From an uncultured Lachnospiraceae bacterium (GTDB lineage: Bacteria > Bacillota > Clostridia > Christensenellales > UBA1242), in the NCBI GenBank assembly GCA_964594865.1, contig CAZQMZ010000001.1, positions 11,563-75,562 of the forward strand: a stretch of 64,000 bases of DNA. Reading direction: 5' to 3'. Positions 1 to 10,125 of this stretch are shown here, in pieces. The position numbers were made by a program, and so were the translations under genes. Under the pieces are notes generated by a model. It saw only the letters and a program-made list of their open reading frames with translations, did no database searches and had not been told where the DNA came from. The number at the start of each line of letters is the position of its first letter. The first letter of the stretch is position 1.

Positions 1-1269
1 ATCGCCACAAACATGGCAGGACGTGGAACGGACATCCTTTTGGGTGGAAATCCAGAACTTATGGCAAAAAAGAAGATGCAAGATGAGGGATTTGATGAAG
101 AACAAATTTCCTATGCCACCGCTTTCAACACTGTCGATGATGAAAAAATGAATGAGGCAAGAACGCGTTTCAGAGAGCTTTTTGACGAATTTAAAAAGGT
201 CACCGATGCCGAAAAGGAAGAAGTTAAATCGGCAGGCGGACTTCATATTGTTGGGACGGAAAGACACGAGTCAAGACGTATTGACAATCAGTTACGCGGA
301 CGTGCATCGCGTCAAGGTGATCCTGGTTCCAGTGTGTTTTTCCTTTCACTTGAAGACGATCTTATTCGCCGATTTGGTGGCGACAGATTGAAAAATATTG
401 CCATGTTTTTCAAGCTTCAAGAAGACACACCAATTCAGCTTAAAATTCTTTCAAAACAGATTGAAAATGCACAGAAGAAGATTGAAATTCAAAACTTTGC
501 CATGAGAAAAACCGTCTTGCAGTTTGACGATGTCATGAACGCACAGAGAGAAATCATCTATGAAGAACGCAACAAGGTGCTTGACGGCATGGAAATGCAT
601 GAGCAGATCATGGGGATGTTTCCGGGGATTATTTCCAAAGTTTGCGACAAGTGTGTCGATGACGAAAAACCATATTTTGAATGGGATTATGCCAAAATCA
701 ACACTGAGCTTGAACGTGGACTTTTGGAAAAAGATAAAAAGATGATCACAGAAGAGTTTTGCGAAGGTTTTGACCGCGAAGATTTGGAAAACGCTGTTTT
801 GAAACTTGTGGAGAAAAGATATAATCAGCGTATGACTGATGCGGGAAAACTTGGTATAAATTTTGAAATGGTGGAACGTTTTGTGCTTTTGAAGGTTGTT
901 GACAGCAATTGGATGAACCACATTGACGACATGCAAACCATGAAAAACGAGATTTTCGCACGCGGATTTGGAAATCAAGACCCAATTCTGGCATACAAGA
1001 AAGAAGCATATGGGATGTTTGACGATATGATTGAGAAGATAAGAGAAAACACTTGCATAATTCTTCTCAACACTTCCATTGAAGTGAAACGTCCAGAGCC
1101 GAAACCACAAAAATATGAAGAGACGAGGGTGTATAATGCGCCGGAGCGACCGCAAGAAGTGAAGAAACAAACCACAGTCATAAACGACAAGAAAAAGGTT
1201 GGTCGCAACGATCCTTGTCCTTGCGGAAGCGGAAAAAAATATAAAAATTGTCACGGAAAAAATGTTTAA
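1..1269 (+). CDS. secA: Preprotein translocase ATPase SecA, 3' part (starts upstream of the window)
   Basis: [29 protein letters not shown] and C-terminal SEC-C motif [19 protein letters not shown]; frame open from base 1. Confidence 0.98.
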   Translation: MATNMAGRGTDILLGGNPELMAKKKMQDEGFDEEQISYATAFNTVDDEKMNEARTRFRELFDEFKKVTDAEKEEVKSAGGLHIVGTERHESRRIDNQLRGRASRQGDPGSSVFFLSLEDDLIRRFGGDRLKNIAMFFKLQEDTPIQLKILSKQIENAQKKIEIQNFAMRKTVLQFDDVMNAQREIIYEERNKVLDGMEMHEQIMGMFPGIISKVCDKCVDDEKPYFEWDYAKINTELERGLLEKDKKMITEEFCEGFDREDLENAVLKLVEKRYNQRMTDAGKLGINFEMVERFVLLKVVDSNWMNHIDDMQTMKNEIFARGFGNQDPILAYKKEAYGMFDDMIEKIRENTCIILLNTSIEVKRPEPKPQKYEETRVYNAPERPQEVKKQTTVINDKKKVGRNDPCPCGSGKKYKNCHGKNV

Positions 1270-1285
1270 TTCAAACAAAACCATA

Positions 1286-1314
1286 TTGACAAATCGCCGA
1301 TTGTGTGATATGAT
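1286..1314 (+). promoter_or_regulatory. sigA-type promoter for the 1336 ORF
   Basis: TTGACA-N17-TATGAT with TG extension. Confidence 0.7.
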
Positions 1315-1335
1315 ATGAACACATAGGAGAATTTT

Positions 1336-1848
1336 ATGGAAAACGTTCAAACCGAAAAAAAAGTTCCAAACTCGGTTAAGTTTGCGGTTAAATGGTGGGC
1401 AGACAGACTTGACGGCACCGTGAGAGATCTCTATCCAACAGAAGAAGAAGCGAAAGAGTTTTTCTTTAAAGGGCTTGAACTTGACGAAAAAAATCTTGAA
1501 GAAGATTTAAAAAATTTGATTATCAAGATGTATCGCAAAAAAGAAGAAGAGTTTGAATTGCTATGCATCTTTCCAGCACAGCGCAAGAGATTTGAAGAAC
1601 TTTTGACCAAACAGATTTTGGAAGAAATTGAAAGTCAAAAAGTTTCGTTGTTGATGGTGGGCGAAAATGGTGCAGAGTTTGCACTCGCAGTTGTTGCAGA
1701 AAAGTGTGAGATTGACAATGGAAAGAACAGCATTTTCACCTTTGCACCGTGCGTTCATATGTTTGTCGACAAAAACAAAGTGGAAGTTCGATATGACGAA
1801 GATGAACGGCTTATAACTTTGTTTGATGAAAAAGAAATGACAAAATGA
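1336..1848 (+). CDS. Hypothetical protein, 170 aa
   Basis: AGGAGA RBS, own promoter and terminator; no family recognised. Confidence 0.8.
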   Translation: MENVQTEKKVPNSVKFAVKWWADRLDGTVRDLYPTEEEAKEFFFKGLELDEKNLEEDLKNLIIKMYRKKEEEFELLCIFPAQRKRFEELLTKQILEEIESQKVSLLMVGENGAEFALAVVAEKCEIDNGKNSIFTFAPCVHMFVDKNKVEVRYDEDERLITLFDEKEMTK

Positions 1849-1878
1849 AAAAAGCGTGCCATTTTGGTGCGCTTTTTT
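1848..1878 (+). terminator. Rho-independent terminator
   Basis: aaaaaagcgtgcc-attt-tggtgcgctttttt hairpin followed by a T run. Confidence 0.7.
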
Positions 1879-1960
1879 AATCAATTTTGCTTTATTTACT
1901 TGACAAAGATGTTTTTTTGTGATATATTTGTTGACAGCAGTAAAATTTAATACATTACTG

Positions 1961-2005
1961 TCCTTGCTCTCGTCAGATTCGAGAGCCATCAGTCCAAAAG
2001 GAGGT
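1961..2005 (+). promoter_or_regulatory. Probable S6:S18 ribosomal-protein autoregulatory leader
   Basis: tcctt can pair with aagga of the rpsF SD; inner gctctcg/cgagagc hairpin followed by CCA; sits directly before rpsF. Confidence 0.65.
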
Positions 2006-2012
2006 AAAAAAG

Positions 2013-2294
2013 ATGAATAGGTATGAGCTTATGTTTATCGTTGCCAGCGATGTGCCTGAAGAAAAACGCGATGCGCTTATTGAAAAGCAAAAAGCTTATG
2101 TTGAAGCACACAAGGGTGCTGTTGAAGGCATTGAAAAAATTGGCATGAAGAAGTTTGCTTATCCAATCGACTTCAAAAATGAAGGATTTTATGTTCTTAT
2201 GAACATCAGTTTAGATCCTGCCGAAGTTGATGCCATGAACAAACTTATGAACATCACAGAAGGAATTGTTCGTCAAATTTTTGTGAGAAAATAA
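2013..2294 (+). CDS. rpsF: 30S ribosomal protein S6
   Basis: MNRYELMFI, G.KKFAYPI, EGFY motifs; rpsF-ssb-rpsR order. Confidence 0.97.
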   Translation: MNRYELMFIVASDVPEEKRDALIEKQKAYVEAHKGAVEGIEKIGMKKFAYPIDFKNEGFYVLMNISLDPAEVDAMNKLMNITEGIVRQIFVRK

Positions 2295-2313
2295 GAGCCA
2301 AAAGGAGAAAATT

Positions 2314-2739
2314 ATGAACAGAGTTATGTTGATTGGAAACTTAACACGTGATCCAGAACTTCAAACAACAAACAGCGGAAAGTCCGTTTGTCGATTTGGA
2401 CTTGCTGTGCAAAGAAGATTTTCAAATTCAGAAGGTGAAAGAGATGCTGATTTCTTCAACATCACAGTTTGGGGAATTGCAGGCGAAAATTGCCATAAAT
2501 ATTTGAAAAAAGGTTCAAAATGTGCCATTTCTGGCAGAATTCAAATTTCAACCTATGATGCCGCAGATGGCTCAAAGAGAACATCAACCGACATCATTGC
2601 AGAAGAAGTTGAATTTGTTGGTTCAAGAGTGGGCACAGACAGTGTTGAAGGGGGCAATTCTTATTCTGCTCCAACTCAAGCAAAAGCAAAAGAATCAGCT
2701 GAACTTGAAGAAATTGATGATGACAGTTTGCCTTTCTAA
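2314..2739 (+). CDS. ssb: Single-stranded DNA-binding protein
   Basis: MNRVMLIGNLTRDPEL start, acidic DDDSLPF tail. Confidence 0.98.
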   Translation: MNRVMLIGNLTRDPELQTTNSGKSVCRFGLAVQRRFSNSEGERDADFFNITVWGIAGENCHKYLKKGSKCAISGRIQISTYDAADGSKRTSTDIIAEEVEFVGSRVGTDSVEGGNSYSAPTQAKAKESAELEEIDDDSLPF

Positions 2740-2818
2740 GTTGTTTAGATTTTGGCAATTGTCGAAAAAAGGAAAAGTCGAATTTAAAGGGCGAGATTAG
2801 TTCGCCAAGGAGAAAAAA

Positions 2819-3082
2819 ATGAGCGAAAATGCAGTTAAAACCGAAGAAAAGGTTGTGAAGAAATATCGTAAACCGGCAAAGAAGAAGGTTTGTGCTTTCT
2901 GTGTTGCTGGCGAAAAAACAATCGATTATAAAGATGTGGCAAAAATCAGAAAGTATATCACAGAAAAAGGCAAAATTTTGCCAAGAAGACAAACAGGTGT
3001 TTGTTCATATCATCAAAGAGAACTTTCAAATGCCATCAAAAGAGCAAGAAACATGGCATTGCTTCCATATCTTGGAGATTGA
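2819..3082 (+). CDS. rpsR: 30S ribosomal protein S18 (Zn-binding type)
   Basis: [32 protein letters not shown]. Confidence 0.98.
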   Translation: MSENAVKTEEKVVKKYRKPAKKKVCAFCVAGEKTIDYKDVAKIRKYITEKGKILPRRQTGVCSYHQRELSNAIKRARNMALLPYLGD

Positions 3083-3165
3083 TTGAGTTGTTTTTCAAAG
3101 ATTTTTGTTTTGATTCAAAAACAATCTTGAAGATTTGATTTAAAAAAATTTAAAAGGAGATTGAA

Positions 3166-3372
3166 ATGAAAAAAGAAGGACATCCAGAATATCATGAAGT
3201 TAAAGTTGTATGTGCTTGTGGAAATACTTTCAAAACAGGATCTTGTGTGAAAGGTGACACAATCAAAATTGATATTTGCAACAAATGCCATCCTTTCTAT
3301 ACAGGAAAGAAGAAAGTTGTCGACGCCAGCGGAACAGTTGAAAACTTCAAGAAGAAATATGGTTTGGAATAA
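3166..3372 (+). CDS. rpmE: 50S ribosomal protein L31 (Zn-binding type)
   Basis: [23 protein letters not shown]. Confidence 0.98.
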   Translation: MKKEGHPEYHEVKVVCACGNTFKTGSCVKGDTIKIDICNKCHPFYTGKKKVVDASGTVENFKKKYGLE

Positions 3373-3402
3373 AAAAAGTCAACCGAAATGGTTGATTTTT
3401 TT
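3371..3402. terminator. Bidirectional terminator between rpmE and the convergent ORF
   Basis: aaaaaaagtcaacc-gaaat-ggttgattttttt. Confidence 0.7.
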
Positions 3403-3997
3403 ATTCCTTTCCTTTATTTGGATCAATGTTTATATTTTCTGATTTATCTGGCCAAATTGCATTATCGCACAAATCAAAGAAATCATTGAAATTTTTGTTG
3501 ACACATTCTTCAAATTCTTTGATGGAATTTGGATGATAGTTGTCGGATAAATATTTTTTTGCGGTTTTTTCTTTCTTCACGGTCAAGGAAGCAACATCAT
3601 TGTTGACGCTTTCAATAAGAGTGTCTTTATAGAGCAAGAAAAATGCTGGCGGGGTGTTTTTGAGTGACGTTGGAAGATCTTTTTCAGTTAAACGTTTTGA
3701 TTCTTTGTTTGTGAAATTGTTGAACGAAAAATCAACAATTTTTGTCGCACATTTTTTTGAGAGATAGTCAATAAAATAATCTATTAAGATTTCTTCATCG
3801 ACATAAGGTTCTTTGATTTTGATAGAAAAGATTGGTTTTTGGTTTTTGCTTATGCGTGTGAAAGTGACATTATATTCACCATTTTCTTCCTTTAAATTGC
3901 TCAATTTCAAGCCTTTGAAAACTCCGTCGGCGATAATTTCGTCTTGCATTAATTCAGAAAGATAAAATCCGCGTTTATTTTTTAAAAAATATGCCAT
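3401..3997 (-). CDS. Hypothetical protein, ~198 aa
   Basis: AAGGAG RBS before ATG at 3997; TTGACA-N17-TAGAAT upstream on the minus strand; no family recognised. Confidence 0.75.
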   Translation of the reverse strand: MAYFLKNKRGFYLSELMQDEIIADGVFKGLKLSNLKEENGEYNVTFTRISKNQKPIFSIKIKEPYVDEEILIDYFIDYLSKKCATKIVDFSFNNFTNKESKRLTEKDLPTSLKNTPPAFFLLYKDTLIESVNNDVASLTVKKEKTAKKYLSDNYHPNSIKEFEECVNKNFNDFFDLCDNAIWPDKSENINIDPNKGKE

Positions 3998-4079
3998 AAT
4001 GGTCTCCTTCACAATATTCTATCAAATATTTTGTCTTTTGTCAAGGTTAAGTGAGTGTTTTGTTGTCAATAATTGAGAT

Positions 4080-5789
4080 ATGGACAAAATCATTTTTCCA
4101 ACATCAAACGGTGTGGTTGTTCATTCGGGCAACAAGAAAGTTATCTCCGCTGTCAATTGTGATGGTCAAAAGAAATTGCAAAGTTATCCCGAAAAGAACA
4201 AGGTTATTTTTTGGCACTTCCCATTTGTGCGTGGACTTCAATATTTTATATGTGGAATTTTTGGTTTGTTTTCTGCATTCATTCTCTCGACTGATGTCTG
4301 TGACAAGAAAAGAATTAAACAAGCCGATTTGAAGAAGTATTACACCAAAAAATTGATCACTTTTGTTTTGACGCTTTTTTGCGCAATCGTGTTTTCGGCG
4401 GTGGGATTAGGACTGTTGCCGGGCAGGTTGGGAATTTTGATTATCGATTATCGTGGAAATGAATTTTTAAGAAATTTTGTGATTATGCTTATAAAAATTG
4501 CATTTTTTTATCTTTTTTTGCTAATTTTTCGATTATTTCCAATCGCAAACGAATTTTTCAGGTTCAATCGTGCAAGCGACGTGGCTCTTTTGTGTGGAGA
4601 TTTAAATCGCGAAAAACGTAAACATTGTCCGGTAAGAGCACTCAATTTTTTGAATTATATCATTTTTGTTTTTATTTTGGACTTTATTGTGGTAACATTG
4701 ATTGGTGCAAGTTTTGGCTTTTGGTTCAATATTCTCTTTCATATCTGCATTTTTGCTCTTTGCATGAGTGTAGGTTATGAGATTTTGAATTTATTGGATT
4801 TGTGTAAGTGGAAAATTATCAAAAATTTGGCATATTTGACAGCTTGTTTGGTATATTCCAAACCAACCACAACACATATTGAAACGGTTGTTATTGCACT
4901 GACAGAAATAAATTTGTTGGTAAATCAAAAAGGACGGGAATTTATGGCGGAAGAAAATCATGCCTTGTCGGTTGTCTATAATGAAGTGAAAAACAAACTT
5001 TCAAGCGCTGGCGTCAATGAAAAGAGCGAAACAGATTGGCTTATTGCCACTGTGCTTGGCAAAAATCGAGCAGAAATCAAGCTTGTTTCCACTGTCACGG
5101 ACAAGCAATATCAGGACATCATGAAGGCCACTTTGCGTCGAGCAAAAGGTGAGAGTTTGGACAACATCTTTGGGTTCACTGAGTTCTATGGTCTTCGTTT
5201 TGATGTCAACAAAAAAGTGTTGACTCCGCGAATGGAAACAGAAATTTTGGTGGAGCAGGTGCTCAAAGCGGTCAAGAATTATAAAAAACCGCAAATTTTG
5301 GACTTGGGAACAGGTTCGGGAGCCATTGCTGTGGCGATTGCAAAAAATTGTGAGTGTGACATGACGGCGATTGATGTCAGCAAGAATGCTCTTGCTGTTG
5401 CAGAAGGGAATGCTCGAAAAAATGACGTAAAGATCGAATTTTTGCATTCAAATTTATTCGAAAACTTGAAAAGAAAACGGAAGTTTGATATAATAGTGTC
5501 AAATCCGCCGTATATTGCCTCTGAGGATATAAAAAAATTGGATAAAAATGTCAGAGAGTGCGATCCTCTGCTTGCACTTGATGGTGGACAGGATGGGCTG
5601 GATTATTATCGCTCCATAATTCCTTCCTCAACAAAAAGATTGAGAAATGGAGGTATGCTGTTTTTTGAAATAGGCAAGGGGCAAGGGGCGCAAGTGCGAA
5701 AACTTATGCGCGAAAATGGTTTTGAAGAAATCAAAACAATCAAAGACTACAACAAAATTGAAAGGGTGATTTGTGGAAAATTTAAGTAA
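4080..5789 (+). CDS. prmC: Fusion of a degenerate DUF1385 membrane domain and release-factor glutamine methyltransferase PrmC
   Basis: N-half hydrophobic with PFVRG motif; C-half VLTPRMETE, LDLGTGSG, SNPPY, ALDGGQDGL; upstream of prfA. Confidence 0.92.
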   Translation: MDKIIFPTSNGVVVHSGNKKVISAVNCDGQKKLQSYPEKNKVIFWHFPFVRGLQYFICGIFGLFSAFILSTDVCDKKRIKQADLKKYYTKKLITFVLTLFCAIVFSAVGLGLLPGRLGILIIDYRGNEFLRNFVIMLIKIAFFYLFLLIFRLFPIANEFFRFNRASDVALLCGDLNREKRKHCPVRALNFLNYIIFVFILDFIVVTLIGASFGFWFNILFHICIFALCMSVGYEILNLLDLCKWKIIKNLAYLTACLVYSKPTTTHIETVVIALTEINLLVNQKGREFMAEENHALSVVYNEVKNKLSSAGVNEKSETDWLIATVLGKNRAEIKLVSTVTDKQYQDIMKATLRRAKGESLDNIFGFTEFYGLRFDVNKKVLTPRMETEILVEQVLKAVKNYKKPQILDLGTGSGAIAVAIAKNCECDMTAIDVSKNALAVAEGNARKNDVKIEFLHSNLFENLKRKRKFDIIVSNPPYIASEDIKKLDKNVRECDPLLALDGGQDGLDYYRSIIPSSTKRLRNGGMLFFEIGKGQGAQVRKLMRENGFEEIKTIKDYNKIERVICGKFK

Positions 5790-6858
5790 AGAACTTTTGC
5801 AAAAGACGGAAAAATCAAAGGCGCGTTTTGATGAACTGACGGACCTTATTTCTCGTCCGGAAATTATTTCAGACAATAAAGAGTGGAAAAAATTGGTCAA
5901 AGAGAGAAATTCTTTGGAAGACTTGGCACAGGCTCATGAGGAGTTGGGCTCACTTCTTTGCAATTTGGATAATTGTCAAAAAGATTTGGCGAAAGAGAAA
6001 GATGCCGAGATGAAAGCACTTTTTGAAACAGAAATTGCCGATTTAGATGAAAAAATTGAGAAAAAAACAGAAGAAATCAAAATTTTGCTTCTTCCGAAAG
6101 ACGAAAATGATGACAGTAATGCAATTTTGGAAATTCGTGCGGCAGCAGGCGGAGAAGAGAGTGCTCTCTTCTGCATGGAACTTTGTCGAATGTATTCTCA
6201 CTATGCCGAAAAGCGTCATTGGAAAGTGGAATATATTGATATGTCCGAAACGGAAATTGGTGGAATTAAGGAAGCGACATTGATGATCAGGGGCAAAGGC
6301 GCTTATTCACGCTTGAAATATGAAAGCGGAGTGCATCGCGTACAACGTGTGCCTGAAACAGAAAGTCAGGGCAGAATTCACACTTCGACCGCCACAGTTG
6401 CTGTTCTTCCGGAAGTGGAAGAAGTCGATTTTGAGATTTTGGATAAGGACTTGCGGATTGATACATATCATTCTGGCGGGGCGGGCGGACAGAATGTCAA
6501 CAAAGTGGAAACCGCCATTCGAATCACTTATCTTCCGCTCAACATTGTGGTGACTTGTCAAGATGAGCGTTCACAACTTAAAAACAAAGAAAAAGCGTTC
6601 AACATTTTGAAAGCGAAACTTTATGATTATTATCAAGAGCAACAAATGAGCGAACTTGAAAAAAATCGAAAAAGTCAGGTGGGCAGGGGAAACCGCAACG
6701 AGCGCATCCGCACATACAACTATCCTCAAGGTCGAGTGACTGACCACCGAACAAATCTTTCTTCATATGATTTGGACGGTGTACTCTCTGGCAATCTTGA
6801 TCAATTTATTGACGCTATGATTTTGAAAGAGCGCACCGAAATGTTGCAAAACGCATAA
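5773..6858 (+). CDS. prfA: Peptide chain release factor 1
   Basis: ESGVHRVQRVPETE (PxT motif), GGQ, RIRTYNYPQGRVTDHR. Confidence 0.98.
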   Translation: MENLSKELLQKTEKSKARFDELTDLISRPEIISDNKEWKKLVKERNSLEDLAQAHEELGSLLCNLDNCQKDLAKEKDAEMKALFETEIADLDEKIEKKTEEIKILLLPKDENDDSNAILEIRAAAGGEESALFCMELCRMYSHYAEKRHWKVEYIDMSETEIGGIKEATLMIRGKGAYSRLKYESGVHRVQRVPETESQGRIHTSTATVAVLPEVEEVDFEILDKDLRIDTYHSGGAGGQNVNKVETAIRITYLPLNIVVTCQDERSQLKNKEKAFNILKAKLYDYYQEQQMSELEKNRKSQVGRGNRNERIRTYNYPQGRVTDHRTNLSSYDLDGVLSGNLDQFIDAMILKERTEMLQNA

Positions 6859-6920
6859 AAAACGCCAAAAAATTCTCAAAAAAAATAAAAAAATGGGCTT
6901 TTTTGACCCATTTTTTTAAA

Positions 6921-7094
6921 TCACACAAAGTTTTGGAAGCAACGACATCCACGATTGTTGTTGAAATCGTTGTCATTTGTGTTGAGAAGTCCCAAGAGAA
7001 GAAGTAACAAAATGTTTGTGTTTGTGGCAAGGTTGGTGTCGTTGTTGGAACTTAGAACGGAAATCAAAAAAATAAATAAAAATTCTGATGTCAT
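6921..7094 (-). CDS. Small hydrophobic protein, 57 aa (not in the ORF track)
   Basis: GGAGGA RBS, then MTSEFLFIFLISVLSSNNDTNLATNTNILLLLLLGLLNTNDNDFNNNRGCRCFQNFV*; hairpin at 6888-6917 just past the stop. Confidence 0.65.
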   Translation of the reverse strand: MTSEFLFIFLISVLSSNNDTNLATNTNILLLLLLGLLNTNDNDFNNNRGCRCFQNFV

Positions 7095-7296
7095 TTAAAA
7101 TCCTCCTTTTTTGACAAAATTTGATAAAATAAGTGCAAAAGGAGAAATTTTTCCCTTTGACTTTTTCTTCTTTGGTTTGGCAAAATAGGATTGAAAACAA
7201 ATGAAAGGCTCATTGTTTTCTTACATTGCTGTTTTTATATATGTTTCAAAGTTGAGATGTGTTACACAAAAATGTTCGACAAAAGGAAGGGTGATT

Positions 7297-7632
7297 ATGG
7301 ACAAACTGTTGAGAATTAGTGAAAGAAATAAGTTTGAAGTGCAAGATTTGTTGCCAAGCGATGATTGCACAAACAAATTGGCGCTATATTTTCAAAACTT
7401 TGCAGATCAGACGCGCATAAAAATTTTGTCAGCGCTCACCATCAAAGATTTGTGTGTCAATGATTTGTCAAAGATTTTGAAAATCAATCAAACGACAATT
7501 TCACACCAACTCAAAACTCTGAAAGATCAGGGTATGGTGGACTATCGTCGCGAGGGCAAAGTGTTGATCTATCGCATCAAGTCGTCGACGGTCAACGATA
7601 TGATGACCTATGCTGTGAAAGAGATGGAATGA
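7297..7632 (+). CDS. ArsR/SmtB family transcriptional regulator
   Basis: FADQTRIKIL, DLCVNDL, ISHQLKTLK, RREGK..IY; AAGGAAGG RBS supports a start at 7297. Confidence 0.9.
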   Translation: MDKLLRISERNKFEVQDLLPSDDCTNKLALYFQNFADQTRIKILSALTIKDLCVNDLSKILKINQTTISHQLKTLKDQGMVDYRREGKVLIYRIKSSTVNDMMTYAVKEME

Positions 7633-7686
7633 ACAGACAGGGCGAATTGCTTGACAAAGATGCCGAAATGAATTAAAATGTTCATT

Positions 7687-8220
7687 ATGAAAAAATTGTT
7701 GTTGCACTCATGTTGTGGGCCGTGTTCTACGGTTGTGATTGAAAGGCTGAAAGATAGGTTTGATGTCACAGTTTTTTATTGCAATCCAAACATAGAACCT
7801 TTTGAGGAATATGAAAAGCGAAAGGCAGAGCAGAAGAAAGTTTGTCAACGTTTTGAAGTGCCTTTTGTTGATTGTGACTATGACAACGATGTTTGGCATA
7901 AATTTGTGGAAGGGCTGGAAGATGAGCCAGAAGGTGGGGTAAGGTGTGAAAAATGTTTTTTCTTTCGTCTTGAAAAGACAGTAAAATATGCAAAAGCAAA
8001 AGGGTTTGACATTTTTGCGAGCACGCTTTCAGTAAGTCCGCACAAAAGCACTGAGATTATAAACAAGGTTGGCGAAGAATTGAGCAAAGCAGAAAATGTA
8101 GAATTTTTGCTAGAGAGTTTCAAAAAGAAAGATGGATATTTGCGAAGTATCAATCTTTCCAAAGAATTTGGGCTCTATCGTCAAAATTATTGTGGTTGTC
8201 TTTTTGGAAAAAGAGATTAA
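7687..8220 (+). CDS. queH: Epoxyqueuosine reductase QueH (DUF208)
   Basis: LLLHSCCGPCS, YCNPNI, RCEKC, YRQNYCGC. Confidence 0.93.
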   Translation: MKKLLLHSCCGPCSTVVIERLKDRFDVTVFYCNPNIEPFEEYEKRKAEQKKVCQRFEVPFVDCDYDNDVWHKFVEGLEDEPEGGVRCEKCFFFRLEKTVKYAKAKGFDIFASTLSVSPHKSTEIINKVGEELSKAENVEFLLESFKKKDGYLRSINLSKEFGLYRQNYCGCLFGKRD

Positions 8221-8245
8221 AAAATGGAGAAAATTTGAGACAAAT

Positions 8246-9124
8246 ATGAATGAATTTGACAAAGATTTTATTCAATATAGTGACAAAAAGGTGAAAAAAG
8301 AGAGCAGAAACCTTGCTTTCTATCTCACCACGCGCATAACATTATATATTTTGCTGTTGTTTTTCGCCATTTTTTTCATTTGGTATACTGTTTTCATCAC
8401 AACTCATGCATATTATGAAGTTGACGGTGTTTCAATGATGCCAACTCTCAACGCACAAGTTACAGATGAAGAACTCGACACTCTTAGCGTAGACGAGTTA
8501 AACAGTATGTCCTATGACGCGGTTTATATCGACAAAACTTCCACAGCCAACGTGTTTGACATTGTTGTCATTCAAAAAAGCAACAAAAATGTGATCAAAA
8601 GACTTATGGCAACGGAGGGAGATTGGATCACGATTGCGAGAGTTGTTGGAGATGATGAGAAAGAGCATTTATATTTTTTCCGCATTGCATCTGATGAACT
8701 TGGCACAATTTCTGACGAAGAAGCTCGTTTGGAAGAGAGTGGCGAAAATGGATATTCCATATATAGCCACGAAAATTGGGACGAGAACAAAGGATTGACT
8801 TGGGGCTCAGGATATTTTTATGAAGATAAGTTTTATACAAAGTTTTTGGCAGATTATTTTAACAACACAAACAGCGGAAACCTGAATTATGAGTATTATG
8901 TTTCGGAAAACGGACTTGTCTATGTGCAAGTGCCAGAAGGGATGTGTTTTTATATGGGCGACAACAGAGGGCACAGCACAGATGCGCGAGAAGACGGCTT
9001 TATTGAAGTTTCAGCAATTCAGGGAAAAGTGGACATTATTGTTTATAATTATAACTTTGTAAATCGATTGTGGGAAGTTATCAAATTTTATTTCCTAGAA
9101 ATCGAAAAATTCTTTGCAAGATAG
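8246..9124 (+). CDS. lepB: Signal peptidase I (S26) with a large acidic insertion
   Basis: TM segment, GVSMMPTL (Ser), VIKRL (Lys), GDNRGHSTDAR. Confidence 0.88.
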   Translation: MNEFDKDFIQYSDKKVKKESRNLAFYLTTRITLYILLLFFAIFFIWYTVFITTHAYYEVDGVSMMPTLNAQVTDEELDTLSVDELNSMSYDAVYIDKTSTANVFDIVVIQKSNKNVIKRLMATEGDWITIARVVGDDEKEHLYFFRIASDELGTISDEEARLEESGENGYSIYSHENWDENKGLTWGSGYFYEDKFYTKFLADYFNNTNSGNLNYEYYVSENGLVYVQVPEGMCFYMGDNRGHSTDAREDGFIEVSAIQGKVDIIVYNYNFVNRLWEVIKFYFLEIEKFFAR

Positions 9125-9133
9125 TGAAATTGT

Positions 9134-9162
9134 TTGGAAATTTTTTTGTTTTGTGATATCAT
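9134..9162 (+). promoter_or_regulatory. Promoter of the HU gene
   Basis: TTGGAA-N17-TATCAT with TG extension. Confidence 0.55.
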
Positions 9163-9207
9163 AAAAGTAGCATAAAAATGCAAAAAAAATCAAAAAGGAG
9201 ATAAGAT

Positions 9208-9483
9208 ATGAATAAAGCTGAATTCATTAAAGCGGTTGCTGACACAGCAAATTGCACACAAAAAGATGCTGGAATTGTGTTCAACGCAATCATCGACACA
9301 ATTGTGAGTGAACTTAAAAAAGGAGAAAAGATCCAAATTCCTGGGTTTGGCTCTTTTGAAATTGTCAACAAGGCAGCGACAACAAAAATCAATCCTTTGA
9401 CAAAGACAACTGTCAAAGTTGCTGCTTGCAAAGTGCCAAAATTCAAATTCGGCAAATCATTCAAAGCAATGTTTAATGAATAA
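9208..9483 (+). CDS. hup: DNA-binding protein HU
   Basis: MNKAEFI, GEKIQIPGFGSF, INP.T, PKFKFGK. Confidence 0.95.
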   Translation: MNKAEFIKAVADTANCTQKDAGIVFNAIIDTIVSELKKGEKIQIPGFGSFEIVNKAATTKINPLTKTTVKVAACKVPKFKFGKSFKAMFNE

Positions 9484-9487
9484 TTCA

Positions 9488-9516
9488 TAAAAAAAACGCC
9501 TTAAAGGCGTTTTTTT
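9488..9516. terminator. Bidirectional terminator
   Basis: aaaaaaacgcc-ttaaa-ggcgttttttt between HU and rubrerythrin. Confidence 0.75.
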
Positions 9517-9519
9517 ATG

Positions 9520-10125
9520 TCAATATTTTGAATTTTGAAGCTCTTTTTCAAAATCAATAATCACATATCCTTGCGGAAGTTTGCAAAGTGGACATTCTTT
9601 GAAACTTTCTTTTGAAATTGAAACGTGTCCACAGTTTGAACATTTCCATTCTGTCGGACAGTCACGTTTATACATCTTTCTGGCCTTATATAAATTTGAA
9701 AGATATTCCAAGATTTCATGATGTGTTGCTTCAACATTAGCCACCATTTCAAAGGCTTTGGAAACCTCTGTGAAGCCCTCATCTTTGGCTATTCGAGCAA
9801 AGGATGGATATATGTTGTTTGCTTCGGCTTCTTCAATCTTGCTTTCTTCTTTCAAACTGTTTGACAGTTCGGGCATATCGAATGGGAAACCTGCTTCAAT
9901 GGAAATGTTTTTACTGCTTCCACCACCCAAATCCAAGATGAAGTCATAAAAAACCTTGGCATGAGCCATTTCATTCTTTGCCAAAGTTTTCATGGTGTCC
10001 GAGATAAATTTTTGGTTGTCTTGAAGCGCCATTTTGGACATAAATTGATATCTTGCGCCAGCTTGACATTCTGCGGCAAAAGAGCGCGCAAGATTTGTTT
10101 TTGTCACACTTTCATTAAATTCCAT
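9520..10125 (-). CDS. rbr: Rubrerythrin family protein
   Basis: TKTNLARSFAAECQA..RY, NEMAHAK, IAKDEGF, C-terminal WKCSNCG...CPLC; start trimmed to MEFNES. Confidence 0.92.
   Translation of the reverse strand: MEFNESVTKTNLARSFAAECQAGARYQFMSKMALQDNQKFISDTMKTLAKNEMAHAKVFYDFILDLGGGSSKNISIEAGFPFDMPELSNSLKEESKIEEAEANNIYPSFARIAKDEGFTEVSKAFEMVANVEATHHEILEYLSNLYKARKMYKRDCPTEWKCSNCGHVSISKESFKECPLCKLPQGYVIIDFEKELQNSKY

Noticed and set aside
451-1350. 299-aa antisense ORF (and similar ones at 16050-16709, 18408-19037, 25967-26605, 32919-33740)
   Set aside because: Shadow frames opposite well-supported genes; no RBS or motifs
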